The notes under the pieces are model-generated. The model was not told where the DNA came from. It did no database searches and worked only from the letters and a program-made list of their open reading frames with translations. Of a stretch of 64,000 nucleotides of DNA, positions 1-9,004 are shown piece by piece. Position 1 is the first letter of the stretch. The number at the start of each line of letters is the position of its first letter. The stretch is taken from the NCBI GenBank assembly GCA_019058275.1, contig JAHLVW010000062.1, positions 201,809-265,808 of the forward strand. The letters run 5' to 3'. This DNA comes from Candidatus Heimdallarchaeota archaeon. GTDB lineage: Archaea > Asgardarchaeota > Heimdallarchaeia > JABLTI01. A program made the position numbers and the translations under genes.

Positions 1-52
1 TCTTATAGATTTTTTGCTGTTATTTTATTGTGAAACTTTTTTTATCTAAAAC

Positions 53-718
53 ATGTACTGTCTAGATATGGTAGAAATTTCACACTATTCAAAGGAAGTT
101 GTAAATATCTGTCGAAAGATATACAATAATCAATTAGTGAAACAAGGAGAAGGGAATGTTTCAATTAGAATTCCTAATCAAAATGCTATGATTATTACAC
201 CATCAGAAAATGATTATGAAAATCTTTCAGAAGATAATATGATCCATATGGATTTTGATGGAGTAGTTTTACAAGGAAAATTGAAACCTTCTAGCGAACA
301 TATCATGCATTGTTACATTTACAGAAAAAGACCAAAAGTAAATTGTATAATTCACACACATTCACCAAATGTTTCTATCCTATCCGTTTTGCACAATGAT
401 TTACCCGTAATATTTGAAGAAATGGCTATGCTTTTAGGTGGCAGTGTGAAATGTTCAAAATTTGCTCAAGCAGGTACTGAAGAGTTGCCTAAAGTTGCAA
501 TAAAAGCTATGAAAAAACAGAACACAGTTATACTAGCAAATCATGGGTTGTTAGTTGTAGGTCGTACGAGTGAATATTGTGTTAAAACTGCTGTGATCAT
601 TGAAAAAATGGTAAATATCTTTCTTAATGCTAAAAAAATTGGAGATGTAAAAGTAATTTCCACTGATAATCAAAAGAAATTTATTGAAATTTTTGATGCC
701 AGATACTCTACATATTGA
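53..718 (+). CDS. Class II aldolase/adducin family (L-fuculose-phosphate aldolase-like)
   Basis: GNVSIR, ITPS, PSSE, HTHS and LANHG Zn-binding motifs; true start may be ATG at 68. Confidence 0.88.
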   Translation: MYCLDMVEISHYSKEVVNICRKIYNNQLVKQGEGNVSIRIPNQNAMIITPSENDYENLSEDNMIHMDFDGVVLQGKLKPSSEHIMHCYIYRKRPKVNCIIHTHSPNVSILSVLHNDLPVIFEEMAMLLGGSVKCSKFAQAGTEELPKVAIKAMKKQNTVILANHGLLVVGRTSEYCVKTAVIIEKMVNIFLNAKKIGDVKVISTDNQKKFIEIFDARYSTY

Positions 719-738
719 ATAGAATTTGATTCCCATAA

Positions 739-1347
739 TTGGAAAAGATATTAATTCACATTAAACAATTGAATATCACAAATGATTATATCAACTTAAA
801 TGCTACTTTGGTGGTGAATACACTGCAAGTTTATCACTATATTCTAATTGGAATAGCTGTAATATGGTTCATTGTTATTGTTTCTGTATCTTGGTCAATC
901 ATTAAAGGAGCACCATATTCACCTACGAGAATGGAAAAGGTTCACAATATGCTCAAATTAACTAATTTAAAATCCGGAGAATTAATTTATGATCTTGGTT
1001 GTGGTGATGGTCGGATATTAATTACTGCTGCACGTCATTTTAATGCTCAAGCTGTTGGTATTGAAATTGATCCTTTCAGATATCTATGGTGTCAATTTCT
1101 TATATCCATTTTAAGATTAAGAAAGAAAGTACGTGTCCTTTATGGTAATCTTTTTACCTTGGATATAAGTGAAGCAGATGTTGTTGTTTGTTATTTACTT
1201 CAAAAAACAAATGATAAATTGGAAGATAAGCTTAAAGAGGAGTTACAATCTAATTCAAGAATTGTATCAAATAAATTCCTTTTCTCTAGTTTAACAGCAA
1301 TACACAAAGATAGTGATCAAGGAATATATGTTTACAAAATTGATTAA
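739..1347 (+). CDS. Membrane-anchored class I SAM methyltransferase, FAM173/aKMT-like protein lysine methyltransferase
   Basis: N-terminal TM, GAPYSPT, DLGCGDGR, GIEIDP, CYLL, RIVSNKF; start probably downstream of ORF start. Confidence 0.8.
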   Translation: MEKILIHIKQLNITNDYINLNATLVVNTLQVYHYILIGIAVIWFIVIVSVSWSIIKGAPYSPTRMEKVHNMLKLTNLKSGELIYDLGCGDGRILITAARHFNAQAVGIEIDPFRYLWCQFLISILRLRKKVRVLYGNLFTLDISEADVVVCYLLQKTNDKLEDKLKEELQSNSRIVSNKFLFSSLTAIHKDSDQGIYVYKID

Positions 1348-1402
1348 CTACCCTTATTGATACTATTAATTTAAAATCGTCAATACTAGTAAAATTCATT
1401 AG

Positions 1403-1981
1403 TTGAAAAAGACAATAAAGATGTTACTTATGCCAAATACTTCTTATTTTGTAGCACTTGGGTTTATTATTCTTGGAATTTTAACACTTGTTTCTGTTTC
1501 TTGGCCAAACAAACGAGGTGCTCCCTACTGGCCTACAAGATTAAAGAAGGTTCGTCAAATGCTAACTATGGCCAATGTTCAACCTGGTGAATTGGTTTTT
1601 GACCTTGGTTGTGGTGATGGTCGGATTATTGTTATGGCTGCAAGACGCTTTAATGCTAGAGCTGTAGGTATAGAAATTGATCTTATACGTTATCTTTGGT
1701 GTCAATTTTTAATCACAATACTTGGCTTACGTAAAAAAGTTCGAGTAATTTATGGTGATCTATTTACAAAGGATATTAGTAATGCTGATGTTGTCATTTG
1801 TTTTTTACTTCAAAATACTAATGATAAACTTGAAAGCAAACTTATAGAAGAACTACGACCTAATGCTAGAGTTGTTTCTCATACATATCTCTTTTCAGGT
1901 TTACCTTTAATTGCTATGGACGGAGAACAAGGATTATATGCTTATAATATTGGAATACAATCTGAAGGAAAAACTGATTAA
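1403..1981 (+). CDS. Tandem paralogue of the FAM173/aKMT-like methyltransferase
   Basis: GAPYWPT, DLGCGDGR; long near-identical stretches with the upstream gene (RYLWCQFLI..L.LRKKVRV.YG). Confidence 0.8.
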   Translation: MKKTIKMLLMPNTSYFVALGFIILGILTLVSVSWPNKRGAPYWPTRLKKVRQMLTMANVQPGELVFDLGCGDGRIIVMAARRFNARAVGIEIDLIRYLWCQFLITILGLRKKVRVIYGDLFTKDISNADVVICFLLQNTNDKLESKLIEELRPNARVVSHTYLFSGLPLIAMDGEQGLYAYNIGIQSEGKTD

Positions 1982-2343
1982 TCCTTTTCTGTCTCATCAT
2001 TACTCTTCTTAATATACTCCTTATAAACTGGAGACATAAGTTCAATGCCCTCTCGCATCATATTAGAAATTATTCATCTATTATTAACTGATATTTTTAC
2101 TATTTATTCGATAATTAAAAATGGAAAAGATTCACTAAATCAAACTAATATTGATTAAGGTTATTCAAATACAAGAATAATGGATTAAACTTTTAGGGGT
2201 ATTTTTTCAAAATAATAATTTACTTTGTAATGATTTGAATTTCTACTACTATGATGCGAAAAGATTCATTAAATTAGAATAGTAGTTATTAATACAAGGA
2301 GAAGAATATTCTATCCTGAGAATTATTATAGGGGATTAATAAT

Positions 2344-3399
2344 TTGAAGAACAAAATTTTGAGAAGAATTTCTCTTTTTTCTTTTGCTATGCTATTGGTT
2401 TTTAATTCATTTAATTCAATGAATCTAAATAAAATAGAGAGTATTGATCCTTACTTCACTCTTGTTTTCAAAACAAATAGCGGTGGAGTAAGACCCGATT
2501 ATGGTTATAAATTACAAGAACAGCTAGAACTTGTTGGGATTAATTTAACAGTTATTGTACAAGACTGGCCAACCTTTGTAGCTAAATTGATCATTTTCAG
2601 AGACTTTGACCTTTTTTACGTCTGTCTACAAGGTGGTGGAAAAAGTCCAGATTATACTGGAATTTACGATGAAAACGGTTCACTCAACTTGTTCGGTTAT
2701 AGTACAGACATGGATTATCATCATGATTTTGGTACAGGTATTAATCAATGGTATATGGACTTTGGTAATTTGATGATACCATCTGATAGTGCAAATAGGA
2801 TACAACATTACTGGGATTGGGAACAATATATGATGAATAACATACTTCCCTTACAATCGACTTTCACACCTTATTATTACACAGCAAATTGGGCTAATCT
2901 TGATGGATACGATGTTCAGAATGATCTAATACAGTCTTGGGGAAAAATGTCTTGGAATGGAGCTCATTCTGAACAAGCTTCATTAAATGAAATAGTTTAT
3001 TCTGATGGCCCTTGGTCTGATCTTAACCTATTGTTCCAAGATGATGCTGCATCAGCTAGGATAAGCAAAGCTACACTGGATCCTTTGATATGGTATGATT
3101 CTGATGCAACATGGCAAAAACAAAAACACGATGATTTACAAGGAAAATATGTTTTTGTTTCTGGAAAGAGATTCTTCCATTATTTCGGATCCAAACCTTT
3201 AGAGCTTCCTTCAACTGAACTAATTAACATTCTTTATTGTGATATTGGTCATAAATGTATAGCTGATCCTGAGGTTCCACAAGAATTTCTTGATTTTATT
3301 CATGATTTTAAGAAACAAAAGAAAATTGGATTTGTATCTCCTCCAGAAATTTGGCTAGAAAATGATGAATCATGGAAACAGTGTGAACCCAAAGAATAA
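2344..3399 (+). pseudogene. Chimeric ORF: 5' part of a family-5 solute-binding protein fused at about 3106-3113 to an unrelated Nmad2-like C-terminus
   Basis: Aligns with 30934..32814 up to LDPLIWYDSD, then switches to DLQGKYVFVS..FHYFGSKPLELP..GHK. Confidence 0.7.
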
Positions 3400-3439
3400 A
3401 TATGATTTAATTCCTTTATCAGCGAAAAGTTAAAATGGA

Positions 3440-3459
3440 AGTCTTATAAAAATAAGACT
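3440..3459. repeat. Palindrome P1, copy 1 (AGTCTTA-taaaaa-TAAGACT)
   Basis: Perfect 7-bp arms with a 6-bp spacer; overlaps TATA-like TTATAAAA and ends 12 bp before the ATG at 3472. Confidence 0.9.
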
Positions 3460-3471
3460 GAGCTGAATTTT

Positions 3472-3837
3472 ATGTCCAAAAAGTCAAAAATAGTTTTTAA
3501 TGCAGCTGATATTCATTCTAAACTTACATTAGAAGAAATTATTGCATTGATATCTACAGGAGATCGTGATTCACCTGAATATGGTCTAACACTGATGATT
3601 CTTAAGAATCTGATTTCTGGTGATCGTTCTATCTCTAAAGATCAAATGTATGATATGTTTATGAGGAATCGGGAGCATATTTCAAAAGCAAGTTTCTATC
3701 GCATTCTTAGTAGACTTATATCTAGGGGAATGGTCACTTTTGATGATAAAAGACAAATCTATACACCAGCAATTTTATTTTCAAATTCATTACAAAAATT
3801 AGCAATTGCATGGGAATCATTAGTATTAAGTCAGTGA
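3472..3837 (+). CDS. Small winged-helix DNA-binding protein
   Basis: ISKASFYRILSRLISRGMV recognition helix followed by a beta wing. Confidence 0.75.
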   Translation: MSKKSKIVFNAADIHSKLTLEEIIALISTGDRDSPEYGLTLMILKNLISGDRSISKDQMYDMFMRNREHISKASFYRILSRLISRGMVTFDDKRQIYTPAILFSNSLQKLAIAWESLVLSQ

Positions 3838-3910
3838 TTTCTTTAACTTCAGAAAAACAGACACAAGTGATTTCAAGATTCAAAGAATATGAAATAGAGC
3901 TTTAGAGACA

Positions 3911-4969
3911 TCATAAAATATCTCTTTTTTCTAGCTCTTCTCTAATATCTTGCGATGAAAGGTGTATATACTTTAAGACATTGTTAATATTCCTATGTCT
4001 TGTTATTCTCCTAACCCATCCGATATCAAGACCTTGTTTAAGCAAATTAGTTGCACGACTATGTCTTAATGTGTAGTATCTAACATCATATCCTGCAGCT
4101 TTAGCAACAGGTCTAAAAACATGAGTTGCAAAATTGTTAGGATGATATTTCTTACCAGTTTTTGTTGGAAATAGAATATCTTCACCTTTTTTCAAATACT
4201 TGTAGTTATCAAGATAGTTCTTCAAAACTTTGCACAATTTATCTGAAATAGGAATTGCTTGGGGTTGCGAGTGTTTTAAAGGTTTTTCAATGAACACTTC
4301 TTTTTTCTTAAGATCTAAGTGTTTTAGTTTTAAATTACATAGCTCATCTGTTCTTAGTGCTGCTTCATAAGCCATTATAATCATTGATTTCAGTTTAAGT
4401 CCATCAAAATAGAAGCAGATATTTGGATAGGTTTTATGTTGTGTTGCTCTTGTGCTCTTAGGTGCAGGATATTTTCTACATGAGCAACAATCTGCTTCTG
4501 AAACTGCTTTGTGTTGAAAAGTACAATATTTAGAAGCAGTGTCTGCTATTTGTACAATGTTGTCAATTGTAAGAACATCTGGATTAAAATTATCATTAAA
4601 TTTCGGTGATGGAATTCTTGTCCAATTTAATTGTCTCTCATTTACTTCTAGGAATTTCTTTATTGTAGTTAGATATTTGTAAACACTCTTTCCACTTAAT
4701 CCCGAATTCTCTTTAGTATAATCCTCTAATTCTTGTTTTGAAGGATTTCGACCAAAATTCCTTACGAATTTCTTAATCATACGTTTTTCTTTTAACCAGA
4801 GTTGGAACTTAATAATGTCATTTTCTTTTAGATACTCAAATTGTATACTATTCTCGAGTAGAAACTCTTGAAACCACTCTAATATGTCCAAATATTGTCT
4901 TACTGTATGTGGAGAACGTTCCTCCACCTCTAGGAATCCTTTGAAAATTTCAATTTGAGTTGATAACAA
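3911..4969 (-). CDS. Tyrosine recombinase/integrase (Xer-like)
   Basis: N-terminal RSPHTVRQY SAM-like domain, LRTDEL, YTLRHS, TRH and terminal KY motifs. Confidence 0.92.
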   Translation of the reverse strand: MLSTQIEIFKGFLEVEERSPHTVRQYLDILEWFQEFLLENSIQFEYLKENDIIKFQLWLKEKRMIKKFVRNFGRNPSKQELEDYTKENSGLSGKSVYKYLTTIKKFLEVNERQLNWTRIPSPKFNDNFNPDVLTIDNIVQIADTASKYCTFQHKAVSEADCCSCRKYPAPKSTRATQHKTYPNICFYFDGLKLKSMIIMAYEAALRTDELCNLKLKHLDLKKKEVFIEKPLKHSQPQAIPISDKLCKVLKNYLDNYKYLKKGEDILFPTKTGKKYHPNNFATHVFRPVAKAAGYDVRYYTLRHSRATNLLKQGLDIGWVRRITRHRNINNVLKYIHLSSQDIREELEKRDIL

Positions 4970-5253
4970 AACCTCACATCACTCAAGCATTTTGTTTTAT
5001 ACGTAAAGAAAGATGAACACGAATAAAAACAACTGTAATACTAATATCATATATCGATAATACAAAATTTACTGCTAAGAAACATAGTTTCATTATAGTT
5101 GCTATTTTAATTACATTTTATGTTGAAAACAAAAAAGTGAAATAAGAGATGTGTATACAAAAGATTGATTATGTTATATTATCAGATTCAAAAAATAAAG
5201 CAACAATGTAATAAAGTAAACCTATTTGATATTTAAATACAATTGAGTATTGA

Positions 5254-6846
5254 GTGTTTCGCATTATGAATAGAAAGGCTAAGAAAACCAAAAAGCCTAA
5301 AGAAAATAATAAAACAGTTAGTGGAAACAAGAATGTTATTGTAGAAGAGCTAAAGAACACTAAAGAAGAGTTAATTTTACTTAAAAAACGTTTTAATTCA
5401 TTATTTGAAAGAACAAATGATGCAATAATTCTTACTGATCTTGAAACCATGAGATTTGAAATGGTAAATTAAAAAGCAATGGATTTATTTGGTTTTACAA
5501 AGGATGAGATGAAGAATTTTTCAGCAAGGGATTTTATTCCAGAGAGCGATTTAGAAGACAGTGAAAGCAAGCTGACTGAATTATTAAGTGGGGAAAATTT
5601 ACCAATTTATGAACGTATTTTCCAAAAAAAATCTGGGGAGCTATTTCATGCAGAAATAAATCTTTCATTGATAGAGGATCATGTAACTAACAGAAAGTTC
5701 TTTCAAAGTATAATGAGAGATATAACAAAAAGAAAAATAACTGAGGTAGCAAAGGAACGAGAAAGAAGAGTCTTCCAGAAAATAGCTAATGCTGCTATCC
5801 AAACTACTGATATTCATGAATTTTGCAATCGTGCTCTAGCAGATTTATTGGAAGAACTTGATTTTAATTTTGGAACATTAAGAATACTGGATAAGGATCT
5901 GGATGCCTTAGTACCTATTGCTGTAAATGGAATTCCTGATCATTTAACAAGAGAATTAAATCCAATTATAGTATCAGATGATAAATACATAGTCTCTTAT
6001 GTTATAAGAAATAAGAAACCAATCTTTACTGGTGATGCAAGAAATGAATCTTTTTTAAAGAAATATCAGTCACGTTTGGAATTATTTAATGTTATAGCTT
6101 TACTCTCTTGACCTATTCTTGATAAGGATAATAATGTATTTGGTGTTTTACAACTTTCAGCAAACGAACCTAAAGAACTACAAAAAGAGGACATAGCATT
6201 TTTCGAATCAATTGCTCATATCTTAACAAATGCTTTGGAAAGATTACAAGCTGAAGAAGCTTTAGAAGAAGCCTTTCACGAAAGACAGGAAATTAATCGG
6301 ATTATTGAATTAAGTCCAGCTGTAATATTCTTGTGGCATAATGAAGAGGATTGGCTAGTGGAATATGTTTCTAAGAATGTTAACATATTTGGTTATAATC
6401 CTGATGAATTCTATTCTGGAAAAATTATCCATCCTAATGATCTTGAAGTAGAACCAATTTTAAATTATAATCACGATGTTTCTCCTTATACTTCCCCTCT
6501 TGAATATAGAATCATAACTAAAGATGGTAAAATTAAATGGGTTATAGAATATTCAACGCCAAGGGTGAATAAAGAAGGTAAAATAACTCATTATTATGGT
6601 TTAATATTGGACATAACAGAAAGAAGAAAGCAAGAAGAATTTCTGATTAGAGACCGTACTACTTTTAAAATAGAATTAATTAAGAAGAAGGGTATTGAAA
6701 CACCATTAGTTTGTGTTTCAGGTTCTGAGATGTTTGATATTAAAGATCAATGTCTTGATGTTGGAGCAAAAGCATTTATTCTGAAAGACAATTTAACAGA
6801 ATTTGCGAAAACAATAGAGAATATTTTGAAACAATGTTTTGGTTAA
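5254..6846 (+). pseudogene. PAS-GAF-PAS sensor (histidine-kinase type), interrupted and fused to the C-terminal half of a receiver domain
   Basis: Three ORFs share one frame, split by TAA 5470 and TGA 6109; PAC motifs RDITKRK and DITERR; ends with PLVCVSG...GAKAFILK. Confidence 0.8.
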
Positions 6847-6858
6847 TTAAAACATTAG

Positions 6859-6914
6859 AATGGAAGAATCAGGTAAGAAATAAAGAACAATAGTTCTTAC
6901 CTGAATTCTCCATT
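6859..6914. terminator. Imperfect inverted repeat between convergent genes
   Basis: CAGGTAAGAA ... TTCTTACCTG core with imperfect outer pairing. Confidence 0.45.
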
Positions 6915-6972
6915 ACTTTACCAATTATTTTGGATTTTGAGGGATATTCCAGATCAATGCATGGTGATCAAA

Positions 6973-7755
6973 TTAGACTGAAGCGCCACATTGAGGACAA
7001 TAGCGAGTGTCCTTAGGGGTTAAGGGTGAACCGCAAGATTGGCAGAATTTACCATCTATATCTTCTGATAAATCATCATTATCTTCTTCTCTTTGTTCTG
7101 AAGAATCAGCTCTTTCTTCTCTTTTTGGTTTAGTATTTTTGCTATTGAAATATGCTGTAGCAATAATTTTTGCAAAGAAACCTGTTAATCCAAAAAGCAA
7201 TATAAATGCCATTATTGAAGCAGCAGTTATGTGGCCCCAAGGTATAATAGTAACATCAAGGTCTAATGTAACATTAAATTCACTATCATTAAAAACAATG
7301 AAATAATAATCATCTTCCGATGAGACTTGTAAATTATTGACATCGAAATCTGCTCGATGATAGTAAAAAGTACTATTTAATGCAGTTGGTTCAGGATAAC
7401 TAGCTATAGCCCAATCTTCAAATTGTATTCTTGACATTACTGATAGAATAATCGGCACAGGATCAAAATGTGTTACAATATATGTCCTGTTCTCATCATA
7501 TGGGTCTGTTGTATTTACATCATATCGGTACTCTGAATCAAACCTCATGTTAATTCTAGCAGCTTCTCTTATTTCAAAATTAAAGTAACTATGCTCTCCA
7601 ACTAACATAATCTCATTGGGATAATACATATAAAAGGTTTTAACATTTCTACCTATATTAATCCCTTCAACAATACCAGCAACACAACTTCCAATAATTA
7701 AGAATACCATGATTCCTGTGAAATCTGTAAAGAATTTGTAATTACTACTGGTCAT
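6973..7755 (-). CDS. Two-TM membrane protein with C-terminal zinc ribbon
   Basis: Two hydrophobic segments; FCQSCG...YCPQCG. Confidence 0.75.
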   Translation of the reverse strand: MTSSNYKFFTDFTGIMVFLIIGSCVAGIVEGINIGRNVKTFYMYYPNEIMLVGEHSYFNFEIREAARINMRFDSEYRYDVNTTDPYDENRTYIVTHFDPVPIILSVMSRIQFEDWAIASYPEPTALNSTFYYHRADFDVNNLQVSSEDDYYFIVFNDSEFNVTLDLDVTIIPWGHITAASIMAFILLFGLTGFFAKIIATAYFNSKNTKPKREERADSSEQREEDNDDLSEDIDGKFCQSCGSPLTPKDTRYCPQCGASV

Positions 7756-7803
7756 TCTTTTTCACCTTTTTTTTTGAACCTTATAATAACTAAAGTTTTG
7801 TTA

Positions 7804-7823
7804 GTTACTACTTGAGTAGTGAC
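7804..7823. promoter_or_regulatory. Candidate operator palindrome GTTACTACT-TG-AGTAGTGAC
   Basis: Near-perfect palindrome abutting TTTATA between divergent genes, upstream of a TrmB-family gene. Confidence 0.5.
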
Positions 7824-7864
7824 CTTTATATATGTATCTTAACATATAGTAATCATTAAAATAG

Positions 7865-8920
7865 ATGAAATCAAAAGTTAGATGTTGTGATAGTATGCAG
7901 ATAAGCGAACAGCTAGTTGAGGGTCTCACAAAAATAGGGTTGCAAAAATATCAAGCACAGGTATATATTGCCAGTCTTGTTCTAGGTGAAGCTTCTGCGT
8001 ACTTAATTGCCAAAGAATCTAATGTACCTAGATCCAAAGTCTATGAGGTTTTAGATGGATTAGTTGAATTAGGATTTATAGCTAAAGTTCCTTCTGACAA
8101 AGGAATGCTTTTCAAAGCATTACCCCCAGAAGATACTATTGATAATGCCATAATAAGTATTGTTAATACTATTGATAGTGTAAAAAAGGAAATTGAAGTT
8201 TTAAAAGAGGATCAAAAAGGAAAATCTTCAGATCCACCAATTGTAATTTTCAGTAATACTAGTTCTTTAATGGATATGATAAAAGATGGTGCTTTTCTCG
8301 AGGCATGGATTGATAACAATTTAGCTATTGCAATGGATTTACGAAAGGCAATTTCAAAGAAAAAGTGTGATATTCATACGATTACAAGTACTTTTCCCTT
8401 ATCATTTATTTTGGGATCCGAGGATTCTTACTTTATTCGAGGAAGAAATGGTTCTTTGTTCATGATTAGATTTTCTAACAATATCATTCAACAAATCCTT
8501 GGGTTAGTTGAAAAAACAAAACCTGAAATAAAAGAGGAAATCACTCGAGAAAGCGGAGTTAGAATTCTTCGAGAAACAGCTATTATGAGCTTAGATGACA
8601 AAATTAGATTAGTCATTCCAGGTTTTGATTGGAAAACTGAAAAGGTTCTTTTCTGGGGATATATTGACACATCTGCTGGTGCATTTAAGAGTATAACTCC
8701 TTGTGATTGTTTTATTACTGATACTCGAATACTAATTAGTTCTGATGATGGTCGAGTTTTTGCTAGAGCTATTAAATTCATTAAGAAAATTTATTTAGCT
8801 AATAATCAAGTTAATATCACGTTTTCTAGAGTTGGTGGAACAGAACAGTTAGCTATCAAATCTATTTCTTATGCTAAAATAATCGATAATTTACTTGGTT
8901 TCATTTTGAAGAGAAAATAA
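7865..8920 (+). CDS. TrmB-family transcriptional regulator with possible PH/GRAM-like C-terminal domain
   Basis: GLQKYQAQVY...IAKESNVPRSKVYEVL..L...GF TrmB HTH. Confidence 0.85.
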   Translation: MKSKVRCCDSMQISEQLVEGLTKIGLQKYQAQVYIASLVLGEASAYLIAKESNVPRSKVYEVLDGLVELGFIAKVPSDKGMLFKALPPEDTIDNAIISIVNTIDSVKKEIEVLKEDQKGKSSDPPIVIFSNTSSLMDMIKDGAFLEAWIDNNLAIAMDLRKAISKKKCDIHTITSTFPLSFILGSEDSYFIRGRNGSLFMIRFSNNIIQQILGLVEKTKPEIKEEITRESGVRILRETAIMSLDDKIRLVIPGFDWKTEKVLFWGYIDTSAGAFKSITPCDCFITDTRILISSDDGRVFARAIKFIKKIYLANNQVNITFSRVGGTEQLAIKSISYAKIIDNLLGFILKRK

Positions 8921-9004
8921 TTAAGGGAAATTGTAAATAACCCTTTTCTTTATATTTTTGATGTAATGAGGATACTAATTATGATACTTAAGTGAACGCT
9001 AAAG

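Noticed and set aside
2344-6846. Intact provirus or integrative element
   Set aside because: No capsid, replication or conjugation genes, no tRNA target and no att direct repeat were seen
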